Shown piece after piece: positions 25,071-37,636 of a stretch of 64,000 nt of DNA. The notes beneath the pieces were generated by a model. That model worked only from the letters and a program-made list of their open reading frames with translations, made no database searches and had not been told where the DNA came from. Origin of the DNA: Azolla caroliniana (lineage: Eukaryota; Plantae; Polypodiophyta); contig JBHGNT010000018.1 of NCBI GenBank assembly GCA_043228905.1, positions 12,152,001 to 12,216,000 on the forward strand, written 5' to 3'. The first letter of the stretch is position 1. Every line of letters begins with the position of its first letter. Made by a program: the position numbers and the translations under genes.

Positions 25071-27920
25071 GAAGACCTCCTCCAGGCATATGAGGAGATC
25101 ATCACCTTTGGAAGCATGCCGGAGGAATTTGGATAGGGGATGGTACATCTCATTCCTAAAAGTGGTGGGAACCAACGACATTAGCAAGTGGCGGCCCATA
25201 ACTCTTCTCAATAATGTATATAAGTTGCTCGCAAAACTCGTGGCACGTCGTTTAACACCACTTCTCCCTCAACTCATTCATTCGTCCCAGACAGGGTTCG
25301 TTAGAAATTGGAGCATCCTAGACAACCTCTTCTCATTCTGGGAAGTAGTAGCCCTTGCTAAGCGTACCAACAGCAAGGTAGCGGTGGTGTTACTAGATTT
25401 TGAGAAAGCATATGACAGGGTATGCTGGAACTTTCTAGAAAGTGTGATGGGGAAACTCGGCTTTCAAGAGACATGGATCAAAGGCATTGCAGGACTTTAT
25501 AGGAATGGCAACAATTGTGTTTCATTGGCAGGTGAAAGGGGCCCCTTTTTCCCAATATCCTGATCTGTATGACATGGATGCCCACTAGCTCCATCCTTAT
25601 TTCTATTATACGCCGAAGCACTCTCTTGCTTTCTCAACTCGCGGCATCTCAACCTACGTGGTCTTCCCATACCTCATTCTCAGCAAAGCATCCTAGATAT
25701 AGAATTTGCAGATGACACAACAGTCTACCTGCAAGGGGACTTGGAAAACCTCCAAAAGCTAGAAAGTGGGCTAGCTGTATTTTGCAAGAGATCCAATACC
25801 ATGATCAATTGGCACAAATCCTGCGCAATATGGCTCTCTCAGGAAACACATTCAGCGTGGCACCCACATCCCGCTTTCAAATGGATCAATCAAGGAGCGA
25901 GCACCAAATATTTGGGTTTCCAAATTGGTTTCAACATATCGCCGGAGACTATGATTGCACCCGTTATCCATTCCATTCGACAAAAGTTGATATATTGGAG
26001 CTCGAAAAAACTATCGCTAGTAGGTTGCATCATAGTGGCAAATCAGGTACTACTCACAATAACATGGTACAGTCTATCATGCTGGACAATCTCCAAGGAA
26101 TGTATACATCAGATTCAACGATTGGTTCGCAACTACATTTGGTCTGGTAAGGAAGACCATGTAGCTCGCACCAAGGTGGTGTGGCCTATACTCACAGCGC
26201 CTAAGTCGAGAGGGGGATTGGGTCTTATTGATCCCCTTTCACAATTGAAAGCCTTACGTGCCAAATTTGAGGTGCGAGGACTCCAACCAAGAAATGATTG
26301 TTGGAAACTACTACTGAGGTTACGCTTCGCTTACTTTAGGCCATGAAAAGGGGTCAATTGGCCCCCCCAAATGGGATGGATTCTAAACATGGATCTCAAA
26401 CCTAGTTTCTCCCGCCAATTGGAGGATAGATTCAGTGTATCCATGTGGACGGCATGGTGTGACATTCGTCGAGGGCTCAAGTGTGATCAACCGAGATTCG
26501 AACCTGCCTGGCTCAGTCAACGTATCCTATGGAACCCACGTATCAAGGATGAATCTAATCAACTACTGGGATCACGTAAGGGGTTGTCATGGGGATACAT
26601 TGCAAAAGGTCCAGGAAAAAGTATAGAATGTTGGCGACGGTTTATGTCACTGCCACTACAAGATTAGGCAAACATACTCCATGGAATCAGGGGCGGATGG
26701 ACTATGAGATCGGAAATCATTAACGCTCTACTGATTAGGGAATTTGCTACTCAAAGGACGACAATGGAGAAATGGATAGGTCACGAGGAAGAGGGATCTC
26801 TGATCCCGAGAGGCAGGGGACCACCAAACAAGCTCGAAGGCTCTGAATTGTGAGACACTGAGACACCAACACAGAATAACGCAATTCGAGTACTCGCGTA
26901 TACTGGTCATAAATGGATTGTAGATCCTAATCCGATCAAAGTACAATCTGATTGGCACATATGTACTCATGAAAACACATGGCTATGTAAGGTTAGTTGG
27001 GACCCTTTTGCAATGGACATGGCGTGATCCCTACGCGGGGCAAGGAAGCAAACCAATCCCTTTCTTCCAATTCAGAACTAGATTGGGTCGCCACATTCTA
27101 GTTGCTCAAACCGCCAGAGAACCGGCTGCTGCGAAGGTCTGGCACACATTTCAAGTTCCTCCCACAATAATCACCAAGTTTTGGCAGAAAATCTGGAAAC
27201 AACAACACGCGAGGCGAATTACCACGTTCTAATGGCTATTAATACATAAGTCCCTACTGGTGGGAGCATGGCAACGTGGGAACCTTAGCTATCCTAATTG
27301 TGTAGAGTGCCCACATGCAGTAGAATCAATACGACACGCTTTGTGGGATTGCCCAACGTCCCATCGAATATGGCGGGGGGTTGGCCGCTTGTTGCAATTA
27401 TGCCAGGTGCAAGGCTCAATCAAGTGGGGAAATATATGTTGGCTATCATGGCAGGCCGTAGTTGGCAGATACGAGCACCAGGAGGAGGGGATGACTTTGG
27501 TGATAAAAGCACAAGAGGTCCTTTTCTCCTCTAGCGGCAATGTCCACTCCACTCCTCTTAATGACAAATCTCAAGAGGTGTTGGAATTGGTCAGCCCAAT
27601 AACTCTTTGGATTCTATAGAAACAACGATGTAGGCGAGTCTTCTCCAACCAAACCGCACATCCAACAAGGTTACTGCAAGAGATATGGAGTGAAATTGTA
27701 GCCACTCTAAAGAGCCAATATGATGGCCTTAAGGGCGGCTCCGATGGAGTTGAAAGACAACAAATAACCTTCATCTAACAATGGTCGTCCTCTCCCTTTC
27801 TCAAGTCAGTGGGCATCCACATAAGGTGGAACTATCGCGTCCCTACATGGATTTGTACATAATCGTCTCATTTGTAAAAATTTATAACTAATGGAAGGAG
27901 TTTTTTTTGGAAAAAAAAAA
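25071..27920 (+). mobile_element. 5'-truncated L1-clade LINE (ORF2 RT plus zf-RVT), degenerate
   Basis: WRPITLLN, QTGF, LDFEKAYDRV, GCPLAP, FADD, KYLG, GGLG and C..C...ES..H.LWDC motifs; ends in an A10 tail at 27911-27920. Confidence 0.92.
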
Positions 27921-28208
27921 CAATCATAAGTGAAACTATTTGAGGATACATACTACCATTATTTGTTTTATTGCTTTGTTAGGAAGAGTATTCCGCTTTG
28001 TAAACATGTTATTAACATTTTGGTCTTATGATTGCATGTTTCATCAGTAGATTGAGTTTAATTTTGTCAAGTTGGTGTTAGGAGGCACTCGTCATGTCAT
28101 GTTTTGGGTATGTAACATGTTGTTGTTTAACCAACCTTCGTTTGGGTGGACATGATTTGGACTGCTCTCACGAAGCCTATGAAATGAGTCGAAATGCTCA
28201 TTAATAAT

Positions 28209-28250
<42 letters not shown>

Positions 28251-28864
28251 ACATTCATCATTCATTCCCTTCACTATTTTTGGGGAGGCTTCCTTCCTTT
28301 TTTTTTTTCCTTCGTGTTTTGCTCCATTCCATGCAAACAGAGAAAGCCCACGGGCGGATGAGTGTGAAAGCAGCCCGCCCAAAACACACACAGAGAGATT
28401 ATTATGATTAGATCCCTGCGACCTGTCCTGCTTTCGCTCTCGCTCTCCTTCTCCCTCTTCCTCTGTGTGTAGCTCTGTAGCTAGTAGCTAACTTCTCCAT
28501 CGCCCATCTCGATCTTTCACACAGAAGACGAAGAAGAGAGAAAGAAAAGCACTACTACTGTACTGTACTCTACATTCCTCCTCCTTCCCCTTCTCCCCTT
28601 ACTTACCTTTCTTTGCATGCATGCATTATGCATGCGCGCGCGCACATATACCTCTACTATATTTTCAATTGAATCAATCCTCTGCTTTCTTTGTCGTCTA
28701 AGTTCCCGGATCTTATTAATTAGTCAATAGGAGCTCAAAATTTCCACATATGTACTGTTTGTTGTATAAGTATAAACCCACTTACTTTTACGTTGCCTTC
28801 TTGTTGCAGGGATCTGATAGATTTTTTTTGGTCGTCTGTCTCCTCCGCTCTGCTCTCAGGAATA

Positions 28865-31853
28865 ATGTCATCTGCGTTAGTTTTTGCTGCCTGCTCCATG
28901 GCAGGGACTACTGCTGTGTCCTCCTCTTCTTCTGCTCCTCAGAACATGCAGGTATGCCATGCCGCCCACGCCCACACATGTATGTACATATACTTAGAGA
29001 TTCATCCTCGTCTTCTATCTCTCTCTCTCTTTCTCTACCCGATGCCCAATAAGTAATTACCCACCCGTCCGAATTTTAAGTGGAAAGGCAAGTAAACCTT
29101 TCTTCCACTTCGAATTGATTGATTTATTTTTATTTATTTTGTTGCTTGGAGCAGCAGCAGCAGCAGTCTTCACCACATTCTCTCAAGTTCTGTGGCTTGA
29201 AAAAAGCTGCCTTTGCATTCCAACATGGGAAGGATCTTCCCATCCTTAGCTTAAAGGTAAATCGATTCACTTCCCCTCAGTTTCTTCCCCCTGTGGATCA
29301 ATATAACATTTTATTCTTCTGTTGTCCAGTCTGTAGCCAGGATGAACATGTCTATCAGCACAGAGGCTTCTCGGTTTCATGGAGTTCCAATGGCTCCTCC
29401 TGATCCGATCCTGGGTGTCTCAGAAGCGTTCAGAGCTGACAAAAGTGATCTGAAGCTCAACCTTGGCGTTGGAGCTTACAGGACAGAAGAACTTCAGCCA
29501 TATGTTCTCAGCGTTGTGAAGAAGGTTATACATCTTCTTTCCTTTACCTGTGTATTTGTACTTGTGATTCTGAGGTTGAGGTTTCTGGATCAAGTCCAGT
29601 TAAATGTTGAGATCTTGATTTGGCTTGTGATTCTGTAGGATCTTGATCTGTGTTTTGTTTTGTTTTGATGAGTTACTTCTTTGAATTGTGACTTATTAAT
29701 GGTAACATAATTTTCGTTCTTCAGGCTGAGAAGCTAATGCTAGAGAAAGGGGATAACAAAGAGGTGATGGTCTTCTTTAATCACTCTGAAAAAATTCTAT
29801 AATACAAATTACGGATGAATCCACGAATGGAAGCGTTTCTCAATTAGGTCTATATTATACAGATTGCCGAAATTTTCATGAAATGAAGTGGCAATGCTTG
29901 CATATATTTTTGTTATTTATCATGCTTCTATAGATATACCAGAAATTGAATGGTAATATCCATGGTTTATGCAGTATCTACCAATTGAAGGTCTTGCAGC
30001 TTTCAACAAGGCCACTGCAGAGCTTCTTCTTGGAGCAGATAATCCAATCCTGAAAGAAGGCCGAGTAGGTGACCGTGTTTCTAAGAAATAATAGGGCTGA
30101 CTTACTCTAATCTGGAGCGTTATTTACTTATCAATGTTGTAAAATGTTTGTTTCCAAAATGAACAGATTGCGACAGTTCAATCTCTTTCAGGTACAGGAT
30201 CACTTCGTCTTGCAGCAGCCTTCATCCAACGATACCTACCTGGAGCCAAAGTTCTCATTTCATCTCCAACCTGGGGTAAGGACGTGTCTCCGATTTCTTA
30301 GTGTACATCTTGACGGTAAATCAAGAATGTTTTGCAGTCTTTTCTGTACATTTTGTTGTGTATCTTGAAGCTTCATTTTAATGCACAGAAGTCCTATTTC
30401 AAAGATAATTATTTTTGTTCTCTACTTACCCTTTGAAGTGGTTATCTGTATGTGCTAATATATGTATTTCTGCACTGACTAATCACTTTCGAATGGGGTA
30501 TTTATATGTGATGCTATCACTTGATGAGGAACAAAACAGCATGTCTGTCGGTCATTGGCATCTTGGCAGATATCTTTGATAAACCTTAAGATTTTCTCAT
30601 TGCTCTGTTATATGTTCTGATTCCCTGTTAACAGGCAATCATAAGAATATTTTGAACGATGCTGGGGTCCCATGGTCCGAGTATAGATACTTTGATCCAA
30701 AGACTGTTGGACTAGATTTTGAAGGAATGATAGCTGACATTAAGGTAATAGAAGATGTCATCCATACAGCTAGATAAATAAAATGCTATAAAATAATATT
30801 TTCTCCTTTTCTAGATTCCTCTCTCATACTGCCTTATTTCATTTTCTGGCATCAAAAGGATGCTCCAAGCGGATCTGTTATACTTCTTCATGGTTGTGCT
30901 CACAATCCAACTGGGATCGATCCTACCAAGGAACAATGGGATGTTATAGCTGATGTTATACAGGAGAAAGGTCACATAACTTTCTTTGACGTAGCATATC
31001 AGGTAATGTGGGTGGTCATTTGAATCTGGTCTGATTTTGACCTATGTGGATTATATAACGTGTTTATGATTGTTTTGTTTTAATAGGGATTTGCTAGCGG
31101 AAGCCTAGATGAAGATGCTTATTCTGTTAGGCGATTTGCTTCTCGTGGGATGGAGCTATTTGTTGCACAATCGTACAGCAAGAACTTGGGCTTGTATGCT
31201 GAACGTGTTGGAGCAACAAATGTGATTACATCTTCTGCAGATGTTGCTGCTCGGTAGGCTTCATTTTTTCTGCAAATAGTACATTTTTTTGAATCTTTTC
31301 TATTTTCCCCGCTCCAGCCAAGCTATCTGAGCTGTCTTTCAAATTGTTTGCTAACACACAGCATCAAGAGTCAGTTGAAGCGTTTAGCTCGCCCCATGTA
31401 CTCTAATCCTCCTGTTCATGGAGCTCGCATTGTTGCCAATGTTGTTGGAGACCCTGTCTTATTTGATGAATGGAGAGCTGAGATGCAGATCATGGCTGGA
31501 AGAATCAAGCAAGTAAGGCAGAAGCTATATGATGAGCTATCTTCCAAGGACAAGAAAGGGAAAGACTGGTCATTTATTCTCAAACAAATTGGCATGTTCT
31601 CGTTCACTGGCCTCTCCAAAACACAGGTATGTAGGATAAATTGTTGCAGGATAAATTGTTAATGTTAATTATATTTTCATATGCTAATGAATGTTATTGG
31701 TGAAACAATTTTGTTGGGCAGAGTGATAACATGTCAGACAAATGGCATGTTTATATGACTAAAGATGGGCGCATTTCATTGGCTGGGCTCTCTTCTGCCA
31801 AATGTAGCTACCTGGCTGATGCGATCATTGATTCATACTATAATGTGCAGTAA
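28865..31853 (+). CDS. ASP5: Plastid aspartate aminotransferase; exons about 28865-28951, ~29151-29256, 29330-29524, 29725-29763, 29975-30065, 30166-30275, 30635-30744, 30859-31002, 31087-31253, 31362-31626, 31722-31853
   Basis: [65 protein letters not shown] (PLP lysine), [14 protein letters not shown] motifs; Ser/Ala-rich transit-peptide-like N-terminus. Confidence 0.95.
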
Positions 31854-32889
31854 CATCATTGAGCAACCATATTTTTTCCGGAAACAAATCCAACTGTAGC
31901 AAAAAGTCATTTCATTCCTTGCAATAATGGTCTTTCTTATATGGCAGAAGACATTACAGATGGCAGTGTTGAGTCTTGCAATAGGGCAGTTTTGGGGGAT
32001 ATTTTTTCTGTTGAATGCTGGGCCTCTTTGGTGTTGCTAGCATATATACATTTAACAGTTCTGCCCTTTAGGTAGCCAAGCAGAAAAAAGAATAAATTAT
32101 AATAATTTTTTATGTAAGACATTTTGAAGTTGCATGCATGCCTTTCTAACATGGACATATTACGATATAAATAAGTCAGAAACAACAATTTGTCACACTA
32201 TTCTTAACAGCTTCAGTTGAATAATAATATCCTTTACATTGTTGCTAGAAGTTCCAATTAGAAGGAATCATCTTTGCTTTGCTACCATTTTCGTCAGTTA
32301 GGTCAGATCGAAGGATCTTAGTTGGGTGGGAAAAAGATATACATATATACATATGGTATGCATTTTAATGAACAATCTGTCTTGGTTTGACCCAAAAAGA
32401 GGGGAGGTGATGAATGCTATTGTTTGCCATTAATCTTTCCTCCCCATTTGGCATTGTTAGATTCAAGCTATGTGTTTTTTTGAATCTTTAAAAGTTTTTG
32501 AAGCTGTCCTGTCCACATAGACGAAACTCTTTTGGGTTTCTGATCCATTCAGTAATTTATCAGCTTCATATTAATCTTTTCATGTTTCTTATTGTTTGTC
32601 GTATAGTAGTGTATGTGCTATATTCAATACGTTTCCCTTGATATTCAATTTTTATAATACTTATTTTATTTTGTTCATGTCCTTTATTGTAGTGTTGCGT
32701 GTTGTCGTCAATGTGGGTTAATTTTAGTATATATTTCTATTTTAAATGCATGATTGGACTCAGCAATGGCTTTTTGATATTCTAAGTGTTATTCTTGCTT
32801 TATTTGGCTCACATATTCAATTCAATACTGATTGGCATGAATCATGATTGTAATTTGTGGAGAGTTGAACACTGTCTTGATGTATTGAT

Positions 32890-33560
32890 TACCTTATTCG
32901 GATAAATTTGATTGAGCTGATGTCCTGAGATAACAAATATCATATCGAGCACATAAAGTAGAGCATGAAGTCAATGAGCTCAAAAAACGTGAATTAATGC
33001 TCTTTGCCAACAACCAAAGACACTTTTGAGGCAGAAACCTTTTAGGATCAAGCATTCTTTGATAAACCATAAGAGTATTGAGCATAGGCAGAATTAGAAT
33101 TTGTAAAATCTCTTACTTGAGGTCAAGCTTCAACAAACTAAAAATAGTCATCTGAAGAAACTTCAAGAAAAAATTCTTAAGAGTTCAATACAAGATGAAA
33201 AGCCTCATGACCAAGTTCAAGTAGCGTTTGAACAAAGCCAATGATAGTAGAGATTACAAACATAGTTGACCTCAATGCACACGAAGGTTCAAGCTGATAG
33301 CTTGCAATGGGAAAAGGCAACTAAAGCAATAAGAATGACTTTGCTTTGAACAAGTACATATTTTGAAGATATATTGTCCTTGATGTTGAGCACATTTGCA
33401 GAGATCTTGCTTGAACAAAACCATCTACTAACATTGTTTTGTGATATTTCCCAATCACGATGAGGATGAAATACCAACAAATGTCAATCTTTTCCTAGAA
33501 AAGTTACCTGTCCTATTTATCAAAGGCATTTTCATTCTCGACATTGCCATCATCTCTAGG
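32890..33560 (-). mobile_element. Decayed retroelement gag-like remnant
   Basis: Fragment WLLAKSINSRFLSSLTSC resembles a copia gag N-terminus; heavily degenerate. Confidence 0.3.
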
Positions 33561-33858
33561 CTAGGTCTATTTGACCTCATGGAATTCACACACCCATGTA
33601 ACCTAATAGTGTTGGTGATGGAGAAAAACTCATATGAAGTGTGGATAGCAGTGAATGCTCTTTCATCTAATTAGGAGAAAATGATTTAGGACACAATAGA
33701 TTTAGAGGAATAAGGGGAAAAATGTTTCCTTGCATCATACCTAATGTGGGATTGTGGCCCCCCGATCTCAGCCACCCAAGATTGCTCATGCAACCCATCA
33801 TTAACATCCTCGTTTCCATAGAACCATACACCACTACCTCTATTGTTAACGGCATTTT

Positions 33859-34270
33859 TTAAAAGTCCACATGACGTATATTGTCACTCATCTTTGGATA
33901 GTCGACTAGCTTGATGCAAGATTGATTACCGCAGAACAACATCATTGTTGGAATAGCGAATAAGTTAAAATCCTCGAGCATTGATTTAATCCAAATGCCT
34001 TTTTTAGTCGCTAAAGTCAAGACTACATACCCACCACCACCAACGAGTGCGTAAATGATAATGCTATAGTAGATTGCTTCCTTTGACTTCCAAGAAATCA
34101 CAACACCAGAAAGAAAGTGTGTGGACATACCCACCAGCACCAACGAGTGTGTAGATGATAATGCTATAGTAGATTGCTTCCTTGACTTCCAAGAAATCAC
34201 AACACCAGAAAGTGTGTAGACATACCCACCAACACCAACTAGTGTGTAGAGTGCTTCCTTGACTTCCAAG
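33859..34270 (-). mobile_element. Copia RNase H fragment with an internal ~100-bp tandem duplication
   Basis: GYVYTLSGVVISWKSRKQSTIALSST repeated; CGNQSCI, RHVDF. Confidence 0.8.
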
Positions 34271-34325
34271 AAAAGTGGGGGAATTTGGAAATAACATTTG
34301 AATTACAAAATCCACACAAACTTTT

Positions 34326-34736
34326 GTTGGAGCACTATAAGCAACGTGTTAGAGAGTGATATACTTTCTCAAAATTTGGGTATTTTTTAGGCTCTCATTG
34401 GGAGTGCAGAATCTAGGTTTAAACACACCCATTTAACTTAATAAAGCTTACATTGTTTCTACTGTTGTAAGCCTTGTTTTGAGTATAATTAGAGTTTCAA
34501 AGTGTTCTTTATTCTTGAGTATGCTAAGCTTGAAAGTGTCTCATCTACTTTTTATATATTCATAAGTGTATGTGTTTGAAACACAAGATATAGATGCAAA
34601 CTACTTGTTTGGATAGTTTTTTAGTTTGTCTTGTCTTGTGCAAGGAAGTTGTCACACAAAGTTAACCAAATTTAGAGAGGGTCCTTCATACTTGTTTTGT
34701 AACTAGGGCTGAATATAATTCTATCAATGGTATCAA
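34326..34736 (+). mobile_element. Putative LTR followed by a partial tRNA-iMet PBS (tggtatca)
   Basis: tgttgg...ctatca then atggtatca; orientation opposite to the adjacent copia fragments. Confidence 0.4.
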
Positions 34737-34740
34737 TGGT

Positions 34741-35602
34741 CTCTGCATGAATTGACTTATCACCCCGACTGGGTAGCTAAGATCTGGTCGGATGATAGTT
34801 AAGTATATAAGGCTCTCGACAATTTGTTAGAATTGGGTCGCATCATAGGCCGCTCCTGAGTCGGGACGTAACTTTAGGTGTCTGTCGAGGGGAGTAGAAA
34901 CGAATCGGCAATCCGTCATACTGAACTTGTACAACATATTCAATAGTGTCATTGAGACAACAATATGCCGTCGGGGGGTGTGGATCACTTTGATCCTGAG
35001 GAAGTAGTGAAGGTCCCCTAGGTCCTTCATCTCAAAGGTGTTCGACAACTGGGACTTGACTCAGCTTATTTCTGCAAGGTCAAGGCCGGTAACGACCAAG
35101 TCGTCCACGTATAGCAGAATGCAAACCGGACCCTTCGTACCTTTCCGGATGAACAGAGAAGAGTTCGATTTGGAGGCCGCAAACCCCATCTTATGCAATC
35201 GGTATGTGACCTTCAAATTCCAAGCACGAGGGGCTTGCTTCAGGCCATAAAGCGACTTCTTTAGTTGACATATTGCCGACTTGTTCACCTCCGACTGAAA
35301 TCTGGGTGGCTGGACCATCTATACTTGTTCTTCAAGATCTCATTGAAGAAACACGTTCTTCATGCCCATCTGGTGGAGATGCCACCCTCTTGCCGCTGCT
35401 ACTGCCAACACCACACGAACCATCGTCATCTTCACCATTGGTGCGAAGGTCTCGTCGTAGTCGATTCCGTGTGTCTGCGCATATCCCTTGGCTACCAGTC
35501 GGGCCTTGTATTGGTTGACTGAACCATCGTCGTTGTATTTCACCTTATATACCATTTGGAGCCAATCGGTTTGTAGTCTCGGGGAGGCATGCCAGTTCGT
35601 GT
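34741..35602 (-). mobile_element. Copia RT fragment
   Basis: KARLVAKGY, LKKSLYGLKQAPRAW, LLYVDD, MKDLG motifs. Confidence 0.9.
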
Positions 35603-35969
35603 TGTTGTGAAGATTTCCGGCTACGGTGAGAAAACTAGGTGGAATAGGCAAAGTCAGCAATGTGCACCGTGTGCACATGTACATTCGAAAATGTGTATAA
35701 AATAAAAAGGGGATATTTATCCCACATTGTAACGTCCTTCCCTTCTTGGACTATAAAAGGACGTCCTTCCCTCCTTAGACTATAAATGGAGAGGAAGGGG
35801 CTCTTTTGAGGGGTTGCACATTTTGCGTTAGGAAGGTATCCCAATTAGATCTAAGGTTTGATAGTTGTCTCTTCTTCTTACTTTCTTTTAGGGTTTCTTC
35901 TTCGTCGTGTGGGTTGAGTCTTCTTGTCTATTAAGGGTTTAGCCCGGTTGAGAGCTCATATGTGTCATG

Positions 35970-36039
35970 ATATGGCAAGACTCGAACCCATGGCCTTATG
36001 TTACATGGGTCGAGCTCTTGACCATTAGACTATATGTTG
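35970..36039 (-). ncRNA. tRNA-like cassette in the 5' LTR (antisense)
   Basis: Reverse complement ...ATATAGTCTAATGGTCAAGAGC...CATGGGTTCGAGTCTTGCCATAT. Confidence 0.65.
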
Positions 36040-36493
36040 TACTACGAAGATATTATTTTCATTTAGGTTTTACTATAGAAAATTGATGTATATTCCAGAT
36101 TTCTCTGGAACATTCTAGAAACTTTAGGAGTACTCTTGAGAACACTATAAAAGGAGGCACAAGGCATTATTTCGAACCAAATCGGTTCAACGCTAGTCTT
36201 AAGCCTCCTAGCTACTATTGTATATTCCCTTAACATAATATATATCTTTTGTTATTCTCATTCTCTCTCTCTCTCTCTCCTTCTCTCGAGAGTTCTACAC
36301 CTCCCTTAGTACTAATCCTCATCTTTTAGTACTAATTCCTTCTCTGTTTTAGTACTATTCCTAACAATACTTCTCTGTCTTAGTACTGCTCCTGATAGTT
36401 TGAATCGATTTCTCTCGCTTTCCTTCTCTTCCTTTATCTTCTTACTTCTCCCTCCCTTCGTACTTATCTCTTATTCCTCTTTTCTCTCATACT

Positions 36494-37636
36494 ATGGCCA
36501 CTATTAGTGCTCAAGAATATCAATCTGTTTTCTCAGAGCTGCAATGCTTGAAAGAGAAGTTCCTTGCTTTGGAACAAGAAAATCAACGGTTGTTGGGGGA
36601 TCTTCAACAAATCTCCTTAGAAAAGCAGCAGACACAACAACAACATGGGGAACTAGTGGTACGTGTGCAACAACTCGAAGCAACCTTAGTAACGATGCAA
36701 CAACAAGGACCTAGTACACAAGGGATTCATAAAGAACCCAATATCGGCCTTCCCATGAAATTCAATGGAACGCGATCGCAGTTTAGAGGATTCCTTAATC
36801 AGGTACGATTAGTCATTCAAATGCATCCTTCTCGATATCCCACCGATGCATCACGAGTGGGACTAGTAGGCACTCTACTTAGTGGCACGACTTTGGCATG
36901 GGTCGCCCCCCTATTAGAAAAAAACTTTCCCTTTTTAAATAATTTCGAAGAGTTTATTACCGAGTTTAAAGCCTGTTTTAGAGATACCGATAGTGTTAGA
37001 ACAACAATCAACAAAATCCAAAGATTGCGCCAAGGTGAGTGGCCGGCCTCAGCTTATGCTGCGGATTTCCGTCTTCTCGCCATCGATATTCCCTGGGATG
37101 ATCAGACACTAATGGAGCAATTTCATTTTGGCCTATGTAATGATGTTAAAGATTTACTCTTAACTTTCCCTGAAGAGCCAAAGCCATTGACACAAACAAT
37201 CAGTCGTGCGGTGCGATGCGATAATCGCCTCTTCGAACGATGTTCGGAACGTCAGTTCCAAATGCCACGGACAAAATCGGAGCCCACCTACGCTTCAATC
37301 GTAGCAAAGCCTTTCCCAAGGGAGTCATTCAATATGTCTCCAACAAATACTCTAACTCCAATGGAAATCGACACCACATGTCGCCGCGAACCACTATCGA
37401 AAGAAGAAAAACAGCGACGTAGGGCAAATCGATTATGTCTTTATTGCGGTGGACCGGGGCATATTGCAATGAACTGCCCCCATCGGCCGAAAAGGCAGGT
37501 AAATCAAATAACCGCTAGTACTAACAGTACTAAACCCGAGTCTATTCCTCTAGGTGTGTCTGATAGTCTTAATAGCCCAAGCCTTTCAAACAAATTTGAA
37601 ATCCTTAGTCAACTAGAACAAGAGTTAAATGATTAA
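36494..37636 (+). CDS. Intact gag ORF of the chromovirus (380 aa)
   Basis: KFNG..FL, LRQG, PMEID and CLYCGGPGHIAMNC zinc knuckle. Confidence 0.9.
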   Translation: MATISAQEYQSVFSELQCLKEKFLALEQENQRLLGDLQQISLEKQQTQQQHGELVVRVQQLEATLVTMQQQGPSTQGIHKEPNIGLPMKFNGTRSQFRGFLNQVRLVIQMHPSRYPTDASRVGLVGTLLSGTTLAWVAPLLEKNFPFLNNFEEFITEFKACFRDTDSVRTTINKIQRLRQGEWPASAYAADFRLLAIDIPWDDQTLMEQFHFGLCNDVKDLLLTFPEEPKPLTQTISRAVRCDNRLFERCSERQFQMPRTKSEPTYASIVAKPFPRESFNMSPTNTLTPMEIDTTCRREPLSKEEKQRRRANRLCLYCGGPGHIAMNCPHRPKRQVNQITASTNSTKPESIPLGVSDSLNSPSLSNKFEILSQLEQELND

